Positions 35,932 to 46,768 are shown, counted from the whole stretch's first letter. The stretch: 63,588 nucleotides of DNA, filler included, from Globobulimina sp. (GCA_003354225.1; 44 parts of 44 records of this genome joined end to end with filler, not necessarily neighbours in it); one strand, 5' to 3'. The notes: a model not told the origin generated them from the letters alone. Numbers and translations are program-made.

Positions 35932-36096
35932 ATGGCAATTAATGGCACAGAGGAAATCACTCTTTCTGTAAGCAGTTTAATAGCAGGATTAATAGCAATA
36001 TGTTTATGTTCGATTCATGTTTACAATACAGTTTCAGATGTATGCGGCAAAAGAAAATCAGTTAGTCATAGCGTAACTGAACCAGCATTAACTACC
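35932..36096 (+). CDS. N-terminus of a membrane protein, 3'-partial
   Basis: ATG, an NGT sequon and one hydrophobic helix; runs into the spacer. Confidence 0.5.
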
Positions 36097-36196
36097 NNNN
36101 NNNNNNNNNNNNNNNNNNNNNNNNNNNNNNNNNNNNNNNNTTAATTAATTAANNNNNNNNNNNNNNNNNNNNNNNNNNNNNNNNNNNNNNNNNNNN

Positions 36197-36556
36197 TTGA
36201 GTGGGAAGTTTAATATCTTTGGCATAGTTTAAACCGCATGATCTGATAAACCAATAATCGGGACGTTGTAAGACATCGCTCCGTTTATTATTCGCAGTTT
36301 CGGTGTACATTGTAGACTTTGTGTAATTCAAATCAATTACTTTACATTTCCAGTTTGTATACTTTGAGTGGTTGTGGTCAAAGTTGGCTATGAATAAACC
36401 TCTCGGTGCTAAATAAAATGCTATATCGAGAATTTCATAAAAACCCAAGCATAAAATTACAATCCCAGCTGGAATTGGTCTTCCCTGTCTGATTAATTGT
36501 TCGTTTTCCCGAATATAACCGCTTACAAGTAATGAACAAGTACGATGATGCTCCAT
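36197..36556 (-). CDS. Hypothetical protein with an F-box-like N-terminal motif, 3'-partial
   Basis: LLVSGYIR...IPAGIVILCLGFY. Confidence 0.55.
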
Positions 36557-36645
36557 TTTTTTATGATTGTCTGTACGTGAAAACTTTGCACCTGATGTCC
36601 TTGCACCAGAGCCCAGCATTAAAAAACACCAATAGCTGAGAAACA

Positions 36646-37323
36646 ATGTCCTCTAAACCGTTATTTTCAACATATGTGGAACCATTACAAGACAAGCAAT
36701 TGCAAGATGAACCACCATCGAATAACAAATATGAAAACGATTATGATGATGTTGGTGTGAAGAATGAGTATAAAGATGAAGATTACAAAGACGATGATTA
36801 CAAAGTTGATGATCGTACTAAAAAAAAATATACAGCTCAAGAATTCTTAGCTGTAGATTTAGAGGATTTGTTCGATTCACATGACGACAATTATGAGATT
36901 TCAAAGAAAATCTGTAAATATTATGACACTAAATTTGGAAATACAGATAGTGTCTGCATGGTGTCCGACATTGGTAAAAAACCTGCAATGTCTTATTGGG
37001 TCGCCGGTGATTATATTCGTCGCCATGATGACATTGCAAATAAACGCGTCATTGTATACAAAGCCTGCAAACATACGCCGGCAAAGCAACCATTGGTATC
37101 ACATGACGAGTTTGTTGACTTTGTGAAGGATATTTCGACCCAATATGAGGATGAATCTGTTGACAAAATATGCGGTATAATGGATGATCGATTCGGAGAC
37201 GGCTGTCATTATTGTCGATCCAATCCGGGCTGTCATTATGATATTTATTCGAGGTTTAGTGATGACTATGATGCTGGCTTTAAATTGCAATCTGGTGTAT
37301 ATATTATTGCATGGAGACGATAA
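36646..37323 (+). CDS. Protein with an acidic N-terminus and two divergent dynein-light-chain (LC8)-like repeats
   Basis: EISKKICKYYDTKFG...CMV and DKICGIMDDRFG..CHYC parallel the LC8 IAAxIKKEFDKKYxxxWHCIV pattern. Confidence 0.5.
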   Translation: MSSKPLFSTYVEPLQDKQLQDEPPSNNKYENDYDDVGVKNEYKDEDYKDDDYKVDDRTKKKYTAQEFLAVDLEDLFDSHDDNYEISKKICKYYDTKFGNTDSVCMVSDIGKKPAMSYWVAGDYIRRHDDIANKRVIVYKACKHTPAKQPLVSHDEFVDFVKDISTQYEDESVDKICGIMDDRFGDGCHYCRSNPGCHYDIYSRFSDDYDAGFKLQSGVYIIAWRR

Positions 37324-37645
37324 TTAAATGCAAATTGTATTATAATATTAAATTAATTAACTTAATTGTAATGTACATACATTGTTAATGAGTGAGCCTT
37401 TTAGTTGGAGTGTTTTGTAAATTTTTTTGTTGCTACACGAGAATAAATAAACACAGCGGGTGGGTATAAAATTTTGTATTGGACAGAAATTTGCCAAACA
37501 GAAATTTATGGAAACTCTCGAGTTACTGTGTACGTCGTTTCCCNNNNNNNNNNNNNNNNNNNNNNNNNNNNNNNNNNNNNNNNNNNNTTAATTAATTAAN
37601 NNNNNNNNNNNNNNNNNNNNNNNNNNNNNNNNNNNNNNNNNNNCT

Positions 37646-38990
37646 ACCGAAGAACGTGAGAATTTAGAAGATGAAGAAGAGGATTATGAAGAAGCAGATG
37701 CTTACGGTTATTGGAATCAATTTCTACAATTGGAAGCCGAAGCCGAGGAGGAGGAGGAGGATTTGGATGAGGGGGAATATGTACTTTCTCATGGACCAAA
37801 AAAGGCTAAACGAAATATCGACCCCGAACCCGATGACGATGTGAGCCCTTCCGACTTTCCCATTCTCCCGCGCATTAAGAATGTTGTCAAGATCATGGGG
37901 CCGGGACTTGCGGATTACAAAAGAACCGATGTAGACCCATTTCGATCCATCCCAGATCATTACGAAGAAGTAAGTTGTAATTATTGTCTTATCTAATAAC
38001 AAATGTACAAAGGTCGTTATTCCTTACAGAATCCAGAAGAAATATTGGAAGAAGAAGAAGAAGAAATTGAGCAAGAAATCCAGACTGGAACACAAAAGAG
38101 TAAGACATTTGTTGAATTGACATAAAATATTTGACATATTTTCAGAAGAGAAAGGACTTCTTGGCACAAATTTTGAAGAATTTAGTCCACGATTTACATT
38201 TTTGTGTTGTCTTGCGACATTCCTTTTGTGTATACACAATCACAAGAAGTTGGGCTGGCATAGGAAGTCTGTTGTCATTAACAAAGCGAGAAAGATGAAC
38301 TTTATTGTGTTGAGAGAGGCGCGACTCGGTGCAGACCCTAACCTCCCATTAAAGCTGTCTCAAGTAGCCAAGATTGGACGACATTTTGGTATAGTAATAC
38401 ATATATTCACCGAAGACATGGTATTGTTGACCGAGGTTGAACCCATAGAAAACAGGAAACCAGTTTTGAATTTACTTATCAAATCGACTGGGAGATACTA
38501 TATAATAACCAATTTGAATGTTTTGAGGAATCATTTCACTTGTCGTTATTGTGATGCAACTTATAACTCGAAATCTTTACTGGCAAATCACCTGTATCGC
38601 AAAAAGTGTACAGTATTGACTAGGCTAGAAGAAAATCCTAATGTAGAACTTCAAGAGATTTTGGAAAATGAACTGCTGGTTCCTCAAAAAAAGACACACT
38701 ACAGAGGTGGAAAATGCGAGCCCAAATGGACTATACAAGATAGACTTGAGAAGCTTGGAATAGATTGTGGTACCGATTTTGATCTTTCACCATACTTTGC
38801 AGTCGCTGACATTGAGACCTCGCTGGGAGAAAAAATCAACCTGGACGAAAAAAGATTGATACATCATTCTCTTCTCCCCCTAAGAGTAACGGTACCTCAG
38901 ACCACTTGAAATTTACCCCTCAAGGTACGCTGAATCTTGATATGGATCTAAGTAAACCAACAAGGGTCATTGCTTCCAAACTTGGCTCTA
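37646..38990 (+). CDS. Polinton/Maverick protein-primed PolB, N-terminal region (exons 37646-37969, 38030-38099, 38146 onward), with a frameshift near 38850
   Basis: LNLLI....YYIITNL, C2H2-like CRYC...LANH....C, YRGG..EP..TI.DRLEKLGI and PYFAVADIET (Exo I) follow the Maverick pPolB N-terminal order. Confidence 0.72.
37970..38029 (+). other. 60-nt GT-AG intron
   Basis: GTAAGT donor, CTAAT branch-like site, TTACAG acceptor; contains an in-frame stop. Confidence 0.8.
38100..38145 (+). other. 46-nt GT-AG intron
   Basis: GTAAGA donor, TTTTCAG acceptor; removal joins exon 2 in frame with the 38202-38909 ORF. Confidence 0.8.
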
Positions 38991-39111
38991 NNNNNNNNNN
39001 NNNNNNNNNNNNNNNNNNNNNNNNNNNNNNNNNNTTAATTAATTAANNNNNNNNNNNNNNNNNNNNNNNNNNNNNNNNNNNNNNNNNNNNAAAATATGAA
39101 TGCATAATTAA

Positions 39112-39726
39112 TTGAATCGACATGCAATACATAGTTATCTCCATCATATGTTTGCGATGAGCTATGCGTTTGCCACTGCGATGAGTTTATTTACTAATCC
39201 TATCACAATAATTTCGTATTTAGCATCTGGCCTTTTCTCTTCTAAAATGGGCAAACTTACAGATATGTTATTATTTGCAAATATTGTTGGATTTTTTGGT
39301 CATTATATATACGGTTGGCACAACACTCAAATCTATTGGGCCTTCATCGGAGGTACTTTACAAGCAATGTCATTGGGTTTTACTTATCCTGTGGTTTGGG
39401 CTGCAATTCCTCTGTTGGTCGACCCCAAAGTCAAAGGTACAGCATATGGCTTTGCGACTGCTATACGATTTTTTGTTAATGCTGTATCATATATGATTGT
39501 TGGTGTCTTAACAAATGCACGAGACGGAAAAAGCAAATATATTGACGTTCAATTGTATGTTATTTGGTTAGTGCTTGTGTCCACTGTATTTTATATTGTA
39601 TTGTTTGGTTTGGATATTAAATATAATTATTCTGTGTTGAGAATAGTGCATTCTGCTGAAAATAAACCAGCTACAACCAACAAGGAAACTGATGTGGATA
39701 TATCAATGCAAAAAATGTCTATGTAA
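39112..39726 (+). CDS. MFS transporter C-terminal half (MFSD1-like)
   Basis: VWAAIPLLVDPKVKGTAYG; multiple TM helices; true exon start uncertain. Confidence 0.75.
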   Translation: MNRHAIHSYLHHMFAMSYAFATAMSLFTNPITIISYLASGLFSSKMGKLTDMLLFANIVGFFGHYIYGWHNTQIYWAFIGGTLQAMSLGFTYPVVWAAIPLLVDPKVKGTAYGFATAIRFFVNAVSYMIVGVLTNARDGKSKYIDVQLYVIWLVLVSTVFYIVLFGLDIKYNYSVLRIVHSAENKPATTNKETDVDISMQKMSM

Positions 39727-39835
39727 TTGATATTGTATGTCTGTTGAAAATCCGAACGGTTCGGACTATTTATGTACATATTACCCGTGACGCGTCAGTC
39801 AGGTTCTTAAAGTTTTCAGTTTCCTTTTTAATACC

Positions 39836-40420
39836 ATGGGTTGTGAGTATTCCGAACCACCTGAACTTACCAGCAATGCAGATGATCGAACGATTGATAT
39901 GGAAGAAAAGGAACATTTAGATGTATTTGTGAGTGTATTAAATTCGCCACAAGGCGGTTATCAAGATTTAGGGATAATATCGGCAACATACGCACATAGA
40001 TTTGGTATAAATACACAAGCCGGACAACCACAAATGACATATGAACAAAGATTAGCATTTGGTACAGATAAAGTTCGTGGTTTATGTTTAGCAAAATTAA
40101 GAAAAAAATGTAAAGAAGAAAAGGGTGGTAATGCTGTGTTTGGTGTTACATTTGATGTGGAACTTCATCATTCAATGAAAATATGTGTTGCCACTGGAAG
40201 TGCCGTACGAATGAATAATCCACCACAACAAATACGAATTATACAACAACCACAACAATCATTACAAACAGAATCTGCTCCGCCTTATAACCCACCACAA
40301 GAAATATTGCCATCGGGATGGTCAAAAGGTGTAGCAAATGATGGAAGGATATTTTATAAAAATGCAATCACCAAAACAACTCAATGGCAAAAACCATTGG
40401 ATGAAGCAACAAATCAATAA
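39836..40420 (+). CDS. YbjQ/UPF0145-like domain plus WW domain protein
   Basis: DLGII...VR..CL.KL...C....GNAVFGVTFD....VATGSAVR; PPYNPP; LPSGW.....DGRIFY.N..TKTTQWQKP. Confidence 0.8.
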   Translation: MGCEYSEPPELTSNADDRTIDMEEKEHLDVFVSVLNSPQGGYQDLGIISATYAHRFGINTQAGQPQMTYEQRLAFGTDKVRGLCLAKLRKKCKEEKGGNAVFGVTFDVELHHSMKICVATGSAVRMNNPPQQIRIIQQPQQSLQTESAPPYNPPQEILPSGWSKGVANDGRIFYKNAITKTTQWQKPLDEATNQ

Positions 40421-40989
40421 ATAAATAATTAACTATCNNNNNNNNNNNNNNNNNNNNNNNNNNNNNNNNNNNNNNNNNNNNTTAATTAATTAANNNNNNN
40501 NNNNNNNNNNNNNNNNNNNNNNNNNNNNNNNNNNNNNGGAAAGATGACAGGTCAGGACCGTAAACACCGTACTCGTACACCTACTCGTACACGCAAATCT
40601 CCTCGGCATAATCAGGGGCACAGGAGTGCATCCTGACCCACAGATTCTGCCGAAGACGAGTAGCCTTTCCGCTCTCTAAAATCGTTATCCCTTATCGTCG
40701 CCGCTATCGTTCACCAGTGACAAGGATTATAGTTTTTTAATCGCACCCGCATGCGCTAAATCGCTTAATTTCCTGCCATTCAGGGAGGCGGCCTTCATGT
40801 TCTGCAGTATCACAGAATATTAGTAACTGGCATCCAATGGGCGAATACCAATGGCTTAGGGGGAGCTTGATTTGCATTCGATGTTGCAGCTACAATAGTG
40901 ATTAGTGTTGCGCAAATAGTGAGCATCATCAGGATGATATTAAAGTTTTAAATCTGAAAACATTCTTCTTCATCAAGACAGTCCACATC

Positions 40990-41884
40990 ATGGTTTCTTT
41001 TTGTTTAGAAATCGACGCATTCTTTGTTTTTTGCATTTTTGCAACAAATGTATGTGTTATTCTGGCCATATTCATCACTATCTACGGTAATAAATTAATA
41101 TCGCCGCGATTAACCATTACTCGGATGAAATTCGTATATTGGTCTATCTTATTAATGTGGCTATCTCCCATGTTTGGTTGGGGATATTTTGAGATTGTAC
41201 CATTTATCCCTGGTATCTGTGACAAAATCATATATTTTAATGTATTTGGAGTGTTTTTCGCATATTTTCCATATTCAATGGGTGCTATTTTATTGTATGT
41301 ATTTTTTCTGCTCCGATTGAAACAACTTTTCGCCGGCACTGCATTGGATATATCCAACTTATTGTACAATTTCTTATCAATCATTGGCTTTTTATGTCAA
41401 TTCATTCCAATGGTAATTGCAGGATGGCACCATTGGTGTTGTTGGGCAACTAATCCATCGGTGGCACTCCGCTTTGAAGTCATCTTTTATTGCTTTAATG
41501 CTATATTTATGTTCATTTTATTGTTGCTGTTTTTACAAAAATTATATTGTCTCATATCTGGAAGCTTAAGCACATTTTGTAAGAATAGTACAAATTCGAA
41601 TTCGAGTATCAATGATGTATTATCTGTTACTGTTAAACATACTCTTTGTGTATTATTTGCGTTGATATCGACTGTATTCGTCAATTTGGTGGCTGGTTCC
41701 TATCGAATCTGGATAATGGACAGTCCGCATCATCTCGAGATACATTTAGTGATGGCATTGTTTGATGCTGTTATAAATCTAACCATGTTACATTTGCAAT
41801 TTGTACCATGCGACTCTATGTATCGCAACCTGTGCTGTGGCTGTCATAAATGCTGTATTTCATTGTTTACATCAATTATTGCGT
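40990..41884 (+). CDS. 7TM GPCR-like membrane protein, 3'-partial
   Basis: Seven hydrophobic helices; FFLLRL..LF.GT; Cys-rich tail. Confidence 0.65.
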
Positions 41885-42253
41885 NNNNNNNNNNNNNNNN
41901 NNNNNNNNNNNNNNNNNNNNNNNNNNNNTTAATTAATTAANNNNNNNNNNNNNNNNNNNNNNNNNNNNNNNNNNNNNNNNNNNNTGAGATAATCAAAGTT
42001 ACGTGAAACACAGCAATCTCGAAATAATGATAGCATATAATTGTGCTTTCTTGATTAACATAGTAACTCGTTATTTTTTCAATTGTGCATGTTTTTTCTT
42101 TATTTCTTTATAATATCTCTCGCAGAAAAACAATAGGACTTTTTTATCATTTTTATTGATCGTACAATCTTATCCCTATGGTTCCACATATTCCAATCAT
42201 GTTTGTTGTTTCAAATCATTTTCAAACATTAATCAATTTAATAACACAAACTT

Positions 42254-43331
42254 CTAAACTCCATCCTTAAAAAAATGCAATTGTTTTGGACCTGCTTTCG
42301 GACTCATTCGAGGACTGGAAAACCATTCAGATATTTGTTGTGTTGATGAATACCACGTCGATGAGTAACATGTACTGTTTGTAGTTAAAGGCGAATCATA
42401 CTGTTGATTTTCCGGTATTTTACTAAGATTTGATATCTTTTGTTTTGGCACAGCAACGCGTAAAGCAAATCTATTTTGATATTTTCTAGCTTTCCGCTTG
42501 GAAACTAATGTTGGATATATTCTGCGAGTATTAATCTTCAAATGCGTTACCATTGATTTCTGTTTTTCCTTTTGAACTTTATCATTTTTGAGCTTCATCA
42601 AATGAATTATCATTAAAATAATGTACGTCGTCGCATGCAATACGTGTTGTATTTGAAATACTAAAATCCGGCCAGTTTCCGGATAGTTTGGATAACAGTT
42701 TATAATTATTATGAAACAGATATGACAAAATAGCGTATTCCCAATCAAAAATCTATGTAACCATCGATGAGTTTCATTGTTTGTCTCATCGTCAGTGTCT
42801 GCACATGTGTCGGATGCGTGGTTTTGTTGTTGTTTTTGTTTTAACGTTCCAATGTTTGATATTCTCTTGAAAATATAAAACAATCCGTGAACGAGAATCA
42901 GCATTAAAATAACCATAATGGCACAACAATGTGTTAACACAAAATACGACGATGATGATCCAGCAATAAAATCAAAAGCAATTGCTATATTTTGCAACAT
43001 CATAATCATTATACAAATAACGTTTTCAATCTTTAATTGAATGGGATAAGATTCCGCGTCTTCTATCCCCTCTTTTTGAATGGAATAATCTGACACATCT
43101 CTCCGAGCGTATCGCATACAAAATATAACCAATGTGATTTGTAATGCTAACATACAGTTCGCCAAAATATTAGTCATACATTTGAATTGCACAGTAGTCA
43201 AATTACTGGGAAACACTGACAGCAACCAGATGATTCCATGGATAATCGCTGCAAATCTTAATGTACTTGATACACATCGACGATTGCAGTTTAATGAGAT
43301 CAGGTAATCAGAAATAAATCCAGCAATCCCA
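42254..43331 (-). CDS. Multi-pass membrane protein with a basic Ser-rich tail, 5'-partial
   Basis: At least five hydrophobic helices. Confidence 0.55.
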
Positions 43332-43492
43332 NNNNNNNNNNNNNNNNNNNNNNNNNNNNNNNNNNNNNNNNNNNNTTAATTAATTAANNNNNNNNNNNNN
43401 NNNNNNNNNNNNNNNNNNNNNNNNNNNNNNNTTGAAATTTATTAATTTTAGCAGAACTTATTGTCGATGTCAAATATAGTGGACCATCATTC

Positions 43493-43510
43493 CAGGGCAA
43501 TCGCATGTGA
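43493..43510 (+). repeat. ISAs1 terminal inverted repeat (downstream of the transposase)
   Basis: CAGGGCAATCGCATGTGA. Confidence 0.95.
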
Positions 43511-43549
43511 AGTAACTACTCCCGTTTTATAAATCGGCCATAAAAAAAA

Positions 43550-44677
43550 TTATTTGTAGTTAATGACTGTTTTTAGATAATCTCTGTTCCATGCAGCTTT
43601 CAGACGTTTAGTATTGATACTGCCTTTAAATGACTTTTCACTTTTCAATAGATTTAAAGCCATTTGCCGCAATACAGAAAAATTTTCGGGTGCGTTGCCT
43701 TTTCGTATCCTACACTCATCTTCTCTAAATGCCATATCAAGAGTCCAATGCAGACCGTTTTCGATACCCCAATGATTTCGGACTGCTTTTGCAAAAAGCT
43801 CAGCATCACTTTCTATACTTGCTATGTAGTAGTGTTTTTCAATACTAATATTTTCACCAATTTCACGGGTTCGTTCAACAACTCCAATACTGCTCATGTT
43901 TTTCCAGTTTTCTTTACCCTGAAGAAGATTAATATCTGATGTGATCCAATATTTACGAGTTTCAATACGTCCATGGTCGCCATCAAATGTTTCATGATAA
44001 TAATAATCAATATTTTTTTTACCGGAGTCTATTATATCTTCCATATATAATTGGGTATTTTTTAACATTACCGGGTGATTTTCTTTCAACGATAATACAT
44101 AATCAGCTTTTTTCTCAATGATTGTTGATGCAATCTTTTTCTGACAACCCATTGCATCTATCGTTATTATACAGCCTGATATATCAAGCATTTTAAGCAA
44201 TAATGGTATAGCTGTTATTTCATTTGATTTTTCTTCGGTTTTATATTGGCCAAGCACGATATTTGAATCTGTTGCCCATGCATTTACCATGTGAATTGGT
44301 TTTTTCCCTGAAGCATAATCATGAGATCTTCTTAACGTTTTTCCATCTATTGCCACTATCTCATTTTTTAATATCTTACTAACATCTTCTACCCATTTCA
44401 TAAAACTGCTTTGAAATTCTCGAGGGTCAATCATTGAAAATACACGTCCCAACGTATCATGAGACGGTATTCCATTTGGCAATTCTAAAAATTGATCTAA
44501 CCATTTGAAATTATCTTTTCCAAATTCTTCTATGTGTTCATATGCCGTAGCTCCACAAATAACAGCACAAATGGATATCGTTATAATATCTATCAACAGA
44601 TGGAGCTTATTGGCTGTACGGATATCTGTTAAGGTTCCGAAATGCTTTTGTATTGTTGATGGCTTTAGCTCACACAT
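43550..44677 (-). CDS. ISAs1-family DDE transposase
   Basis: GIPSHDT, AIDGKTLRRS, KSNEITAIP, TIDAMGCQ, HGRIETR and HWGIENGLHWTLD..FRED; RBS AAGGAG upstream. Confidence 0.97.
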   Translation of the reverse strand: MCELKPSTIQKHFGTLTDIRTANKLHLLIDIITISICAVICGATAYEHIEEFGKDNFKWLDQFLELPNGIPSHDTLGRVFSMIDPREFQSSFMKWVEDVSKILKNEIVAIDGKTLRRSHDYASGKKPIHMVNAWATDSNIVLGQYKTEEKSNEITAIPLLLKMLDISGCIITIDAMGCQKKIASTIIEKKADYVLSLKENHPVMLKNTQLYMEDIIDSGKKNIDYYYHETFDGDHGRIETRKYWITSDINLLQGKENWKNMSSIGVVERTREIGENISIEKHYYIASIESDAELFAKAVRNHWGIENGLHWTLDMAFREDECRIRKGNAPENFSVLRQMALNLLKSEKSFKGSINTKRLKAAWNRDYLKTVINYK

Positions 44678-44705
44678 AAATCAACTCCTTTATTTGTTTA
44701 AGTTG

Positions 44706-44734
44706 ATTTTATGTATACACTAGTTGATTGACAA
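44706..44734 (-). promoter_or_regulatory. Sigma70-like promoter for the transposase
   Basis: -35 TTGTCA (44734-44729), 17-nt spacer, -10 TAAAAT (44711-44706). Confidence 0.7.
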
Positions 44735-44760
44735 TGTCTAGGCTCAGCGCACAGGTAACA

Positions 44761-44778
44761 TCACATGCGATTGCCCTG
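44761..44778 (-). repeat. ISAs1 terminal inverted repeat (upstream of the transposase)
   Basis: TCACATGCGATTGCCCTG, the exact reverse complement of 43493-43510. Confidence 0.95.
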
Positions 44779-44981
44779 NNNNNNNNNNNNNNNNNNNNNN
44801 NNNNNNNNNNNNNNNNNNNNNNTTAATTAATTAANNNNNNNNNNNNNNNNNNNNNNNNNNNNNNNNNNNNNNNNNNNNAAAAATTAACACACTGCAAATT
44901 GATCTGTTATCTTGCACGAGAAAGTACCGCTATATTCTTTATTCGACATGTTTACACTAAAATGTGCTAAAGACAAAGAAA

Positions 44982-46035
44982 ATGTTGACTCTTTTACTCT
45001 TTTCTAGCATATTAAAACCCTCATTATCAATACAAACACAATTAACTCAAGTATATGGTGACGGACCTAGTACAATCACTGAACATGTTGTATTTAATCA
45101 AGGTCGAATATATGCCATATTAAATTGGGCCACAGATGGTGCTCACATCCATATTCATGATTGGTATTCAGACTCACAAACTGTTTTTACAAATTATGCA
45201 TGGAACAGGAATGCAACATAATCCGTGTCCTGGTTTTACATTAGCTCCAAATGATTATATTATTGGTTATAAAGTATGGATAAATTCCGATATTAATGGT
45301 TTGCAATTTTATTCAAGAAATGGTCAGACATATTCATGTATTGCTAACCCATCGAGTACAGTCTATACACAATCATATAATTATAGTTTATATAATTTTT
45401 GGTACTTAACTGGATGGAAAATACAGGATGGAGCTATTATCGATCAAATACAATTCCAATTCACTGCATCTACGTTAACTGCGCCACCCACATTACAGCC
45501 CACTAAATTTCCTACAAATCAACCAACCAAATTACCAACACGCAAACCATCAAAAGCACCGACAATTCAACCATCCCAATCGCCATCCAAATCTCAGACA
45601 AATAATCCATCCAAATTACCAACAACCATTCCCACCAAATCCCCGACAAATATACCAAGCAAAGTAACAACATACAGACCAACTTACGAAATAATGTCAA
45701 TTACAATACCTGATAATTCCGATAATACGCAATCCGTATTAAGTACAGCAATGAGTATAAGTGGCGGGGACGAACATATTATATTACTTCCATACACATC
45801 AATATATTATATTTTTATGATAATTGCTGGTTTTATTACAATGATATCAGGCATATCATGTTGTTTTATATTTATTCATTTTACAATGAAACAAAACGAA
45901 ATTGTAAACAATATAGAAATTAGACTCGCTACAATGCGAAAAGAGAGTGAATCAAATCAAACATCAACAAATATCAATAACAGTAACGAAGCACATAAAA
46001 AAAATGATGATAATATCTGTGAACAGAAAAGTTAA
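44982..46035 (+). CDS. Type I membrane protein: signal peptide, jacalin-like lectin domain, PT-repeat stalk and TM helix; frame break near 45215
   Basis: FTLAPNDYIIG...INGLQF...LTGW....GAIIDQIQF is jacalin-like; xxPT/PS repeats; TM IYYIFMIIAGF... Confidence 0.65.
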
Positions 46036-46325
46036 TTTATTTTATACAATAAAAAAAGATTTGTAATAAATTTAAATTACATACAGCTGAGGAAAACGTG
46101 TCAGCATCAATAACATTTATATCTGCATCAACATCGAGTTTGTTTGGGGATTGTAAACAAGAGACAAAATTAACGGAAAATACCATATAATGCATATGGC
46201 CAACCAAACATGGCCCAACATGGTCNNNNNNNNNNNNNNNNNNNNNNNNNNNNNNNNNNNNNNNNNNNNTTAATTAATTAANNNNNNNNNNNNNNNNNNN
46301 NNNNNNNNNNNNNNNNNNNNNNNNN

Positions 46326-46768
46326 ATCAGCTCCTTTCGTCCATCAAAATCAGGAATAAGAGTTTCAATTGTTGTTTTAGGGCTTAAGTTATTTATTTCT
46401 TGCACTGTTTGTACCCATATTTCAGCTCCAAGATCATCAAGATCATCACGATCAACAGAAGTTAATACACAGTGTTTCAGTTTCATAAGTTTCACTGAAT
46501 TTGCAACACGAATAGGCTCTTTCCAATCAACAGCCAATGGTCTTCCTGTTTTAACATTGCAAAAACCACATGAGCGTGTACAAATGTCGCCCAGAATCAT
46601 AAGTGTTGCTGTACCACGCCCCCAGCATTCATCCATATTTGGGCAATGACCACTGGTACATATTGTGTGAAGTTTGTTTTCTTCAACTATCTCTCTGACT
46701 AATCTATATTCTTTCCCCGAAGGAATTTTGCTTTTAAGCCAATGGGGTTTTCTATGTGTTTTATCCAA
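46326..46768 (-). CDS. lipA: Lipoyl synthase (bacterial), 3'-partial
   Basis: [27 protein letters not shown] and TSVDRDDL. Confidence 0.96.

Larger units (their letters stand above)
43493..44778 (-). mobile_element. Complete ISAs1-family insertion sequence (1,286 bp)
   Basis: Perfect 18-bp terminal inverted repeats CAGGGCAATCGCATGTGA enclosing an intact transposase. Confidence 0.95.

Noticed and set aside
43432-43492. ISAs1 target-site duplication or insertion into the eukaryotic genome
   Set aside because: The contig ends exactly at the other inverted repeat, so no duplication can be checked, and the 61-bp flank is too short to assign
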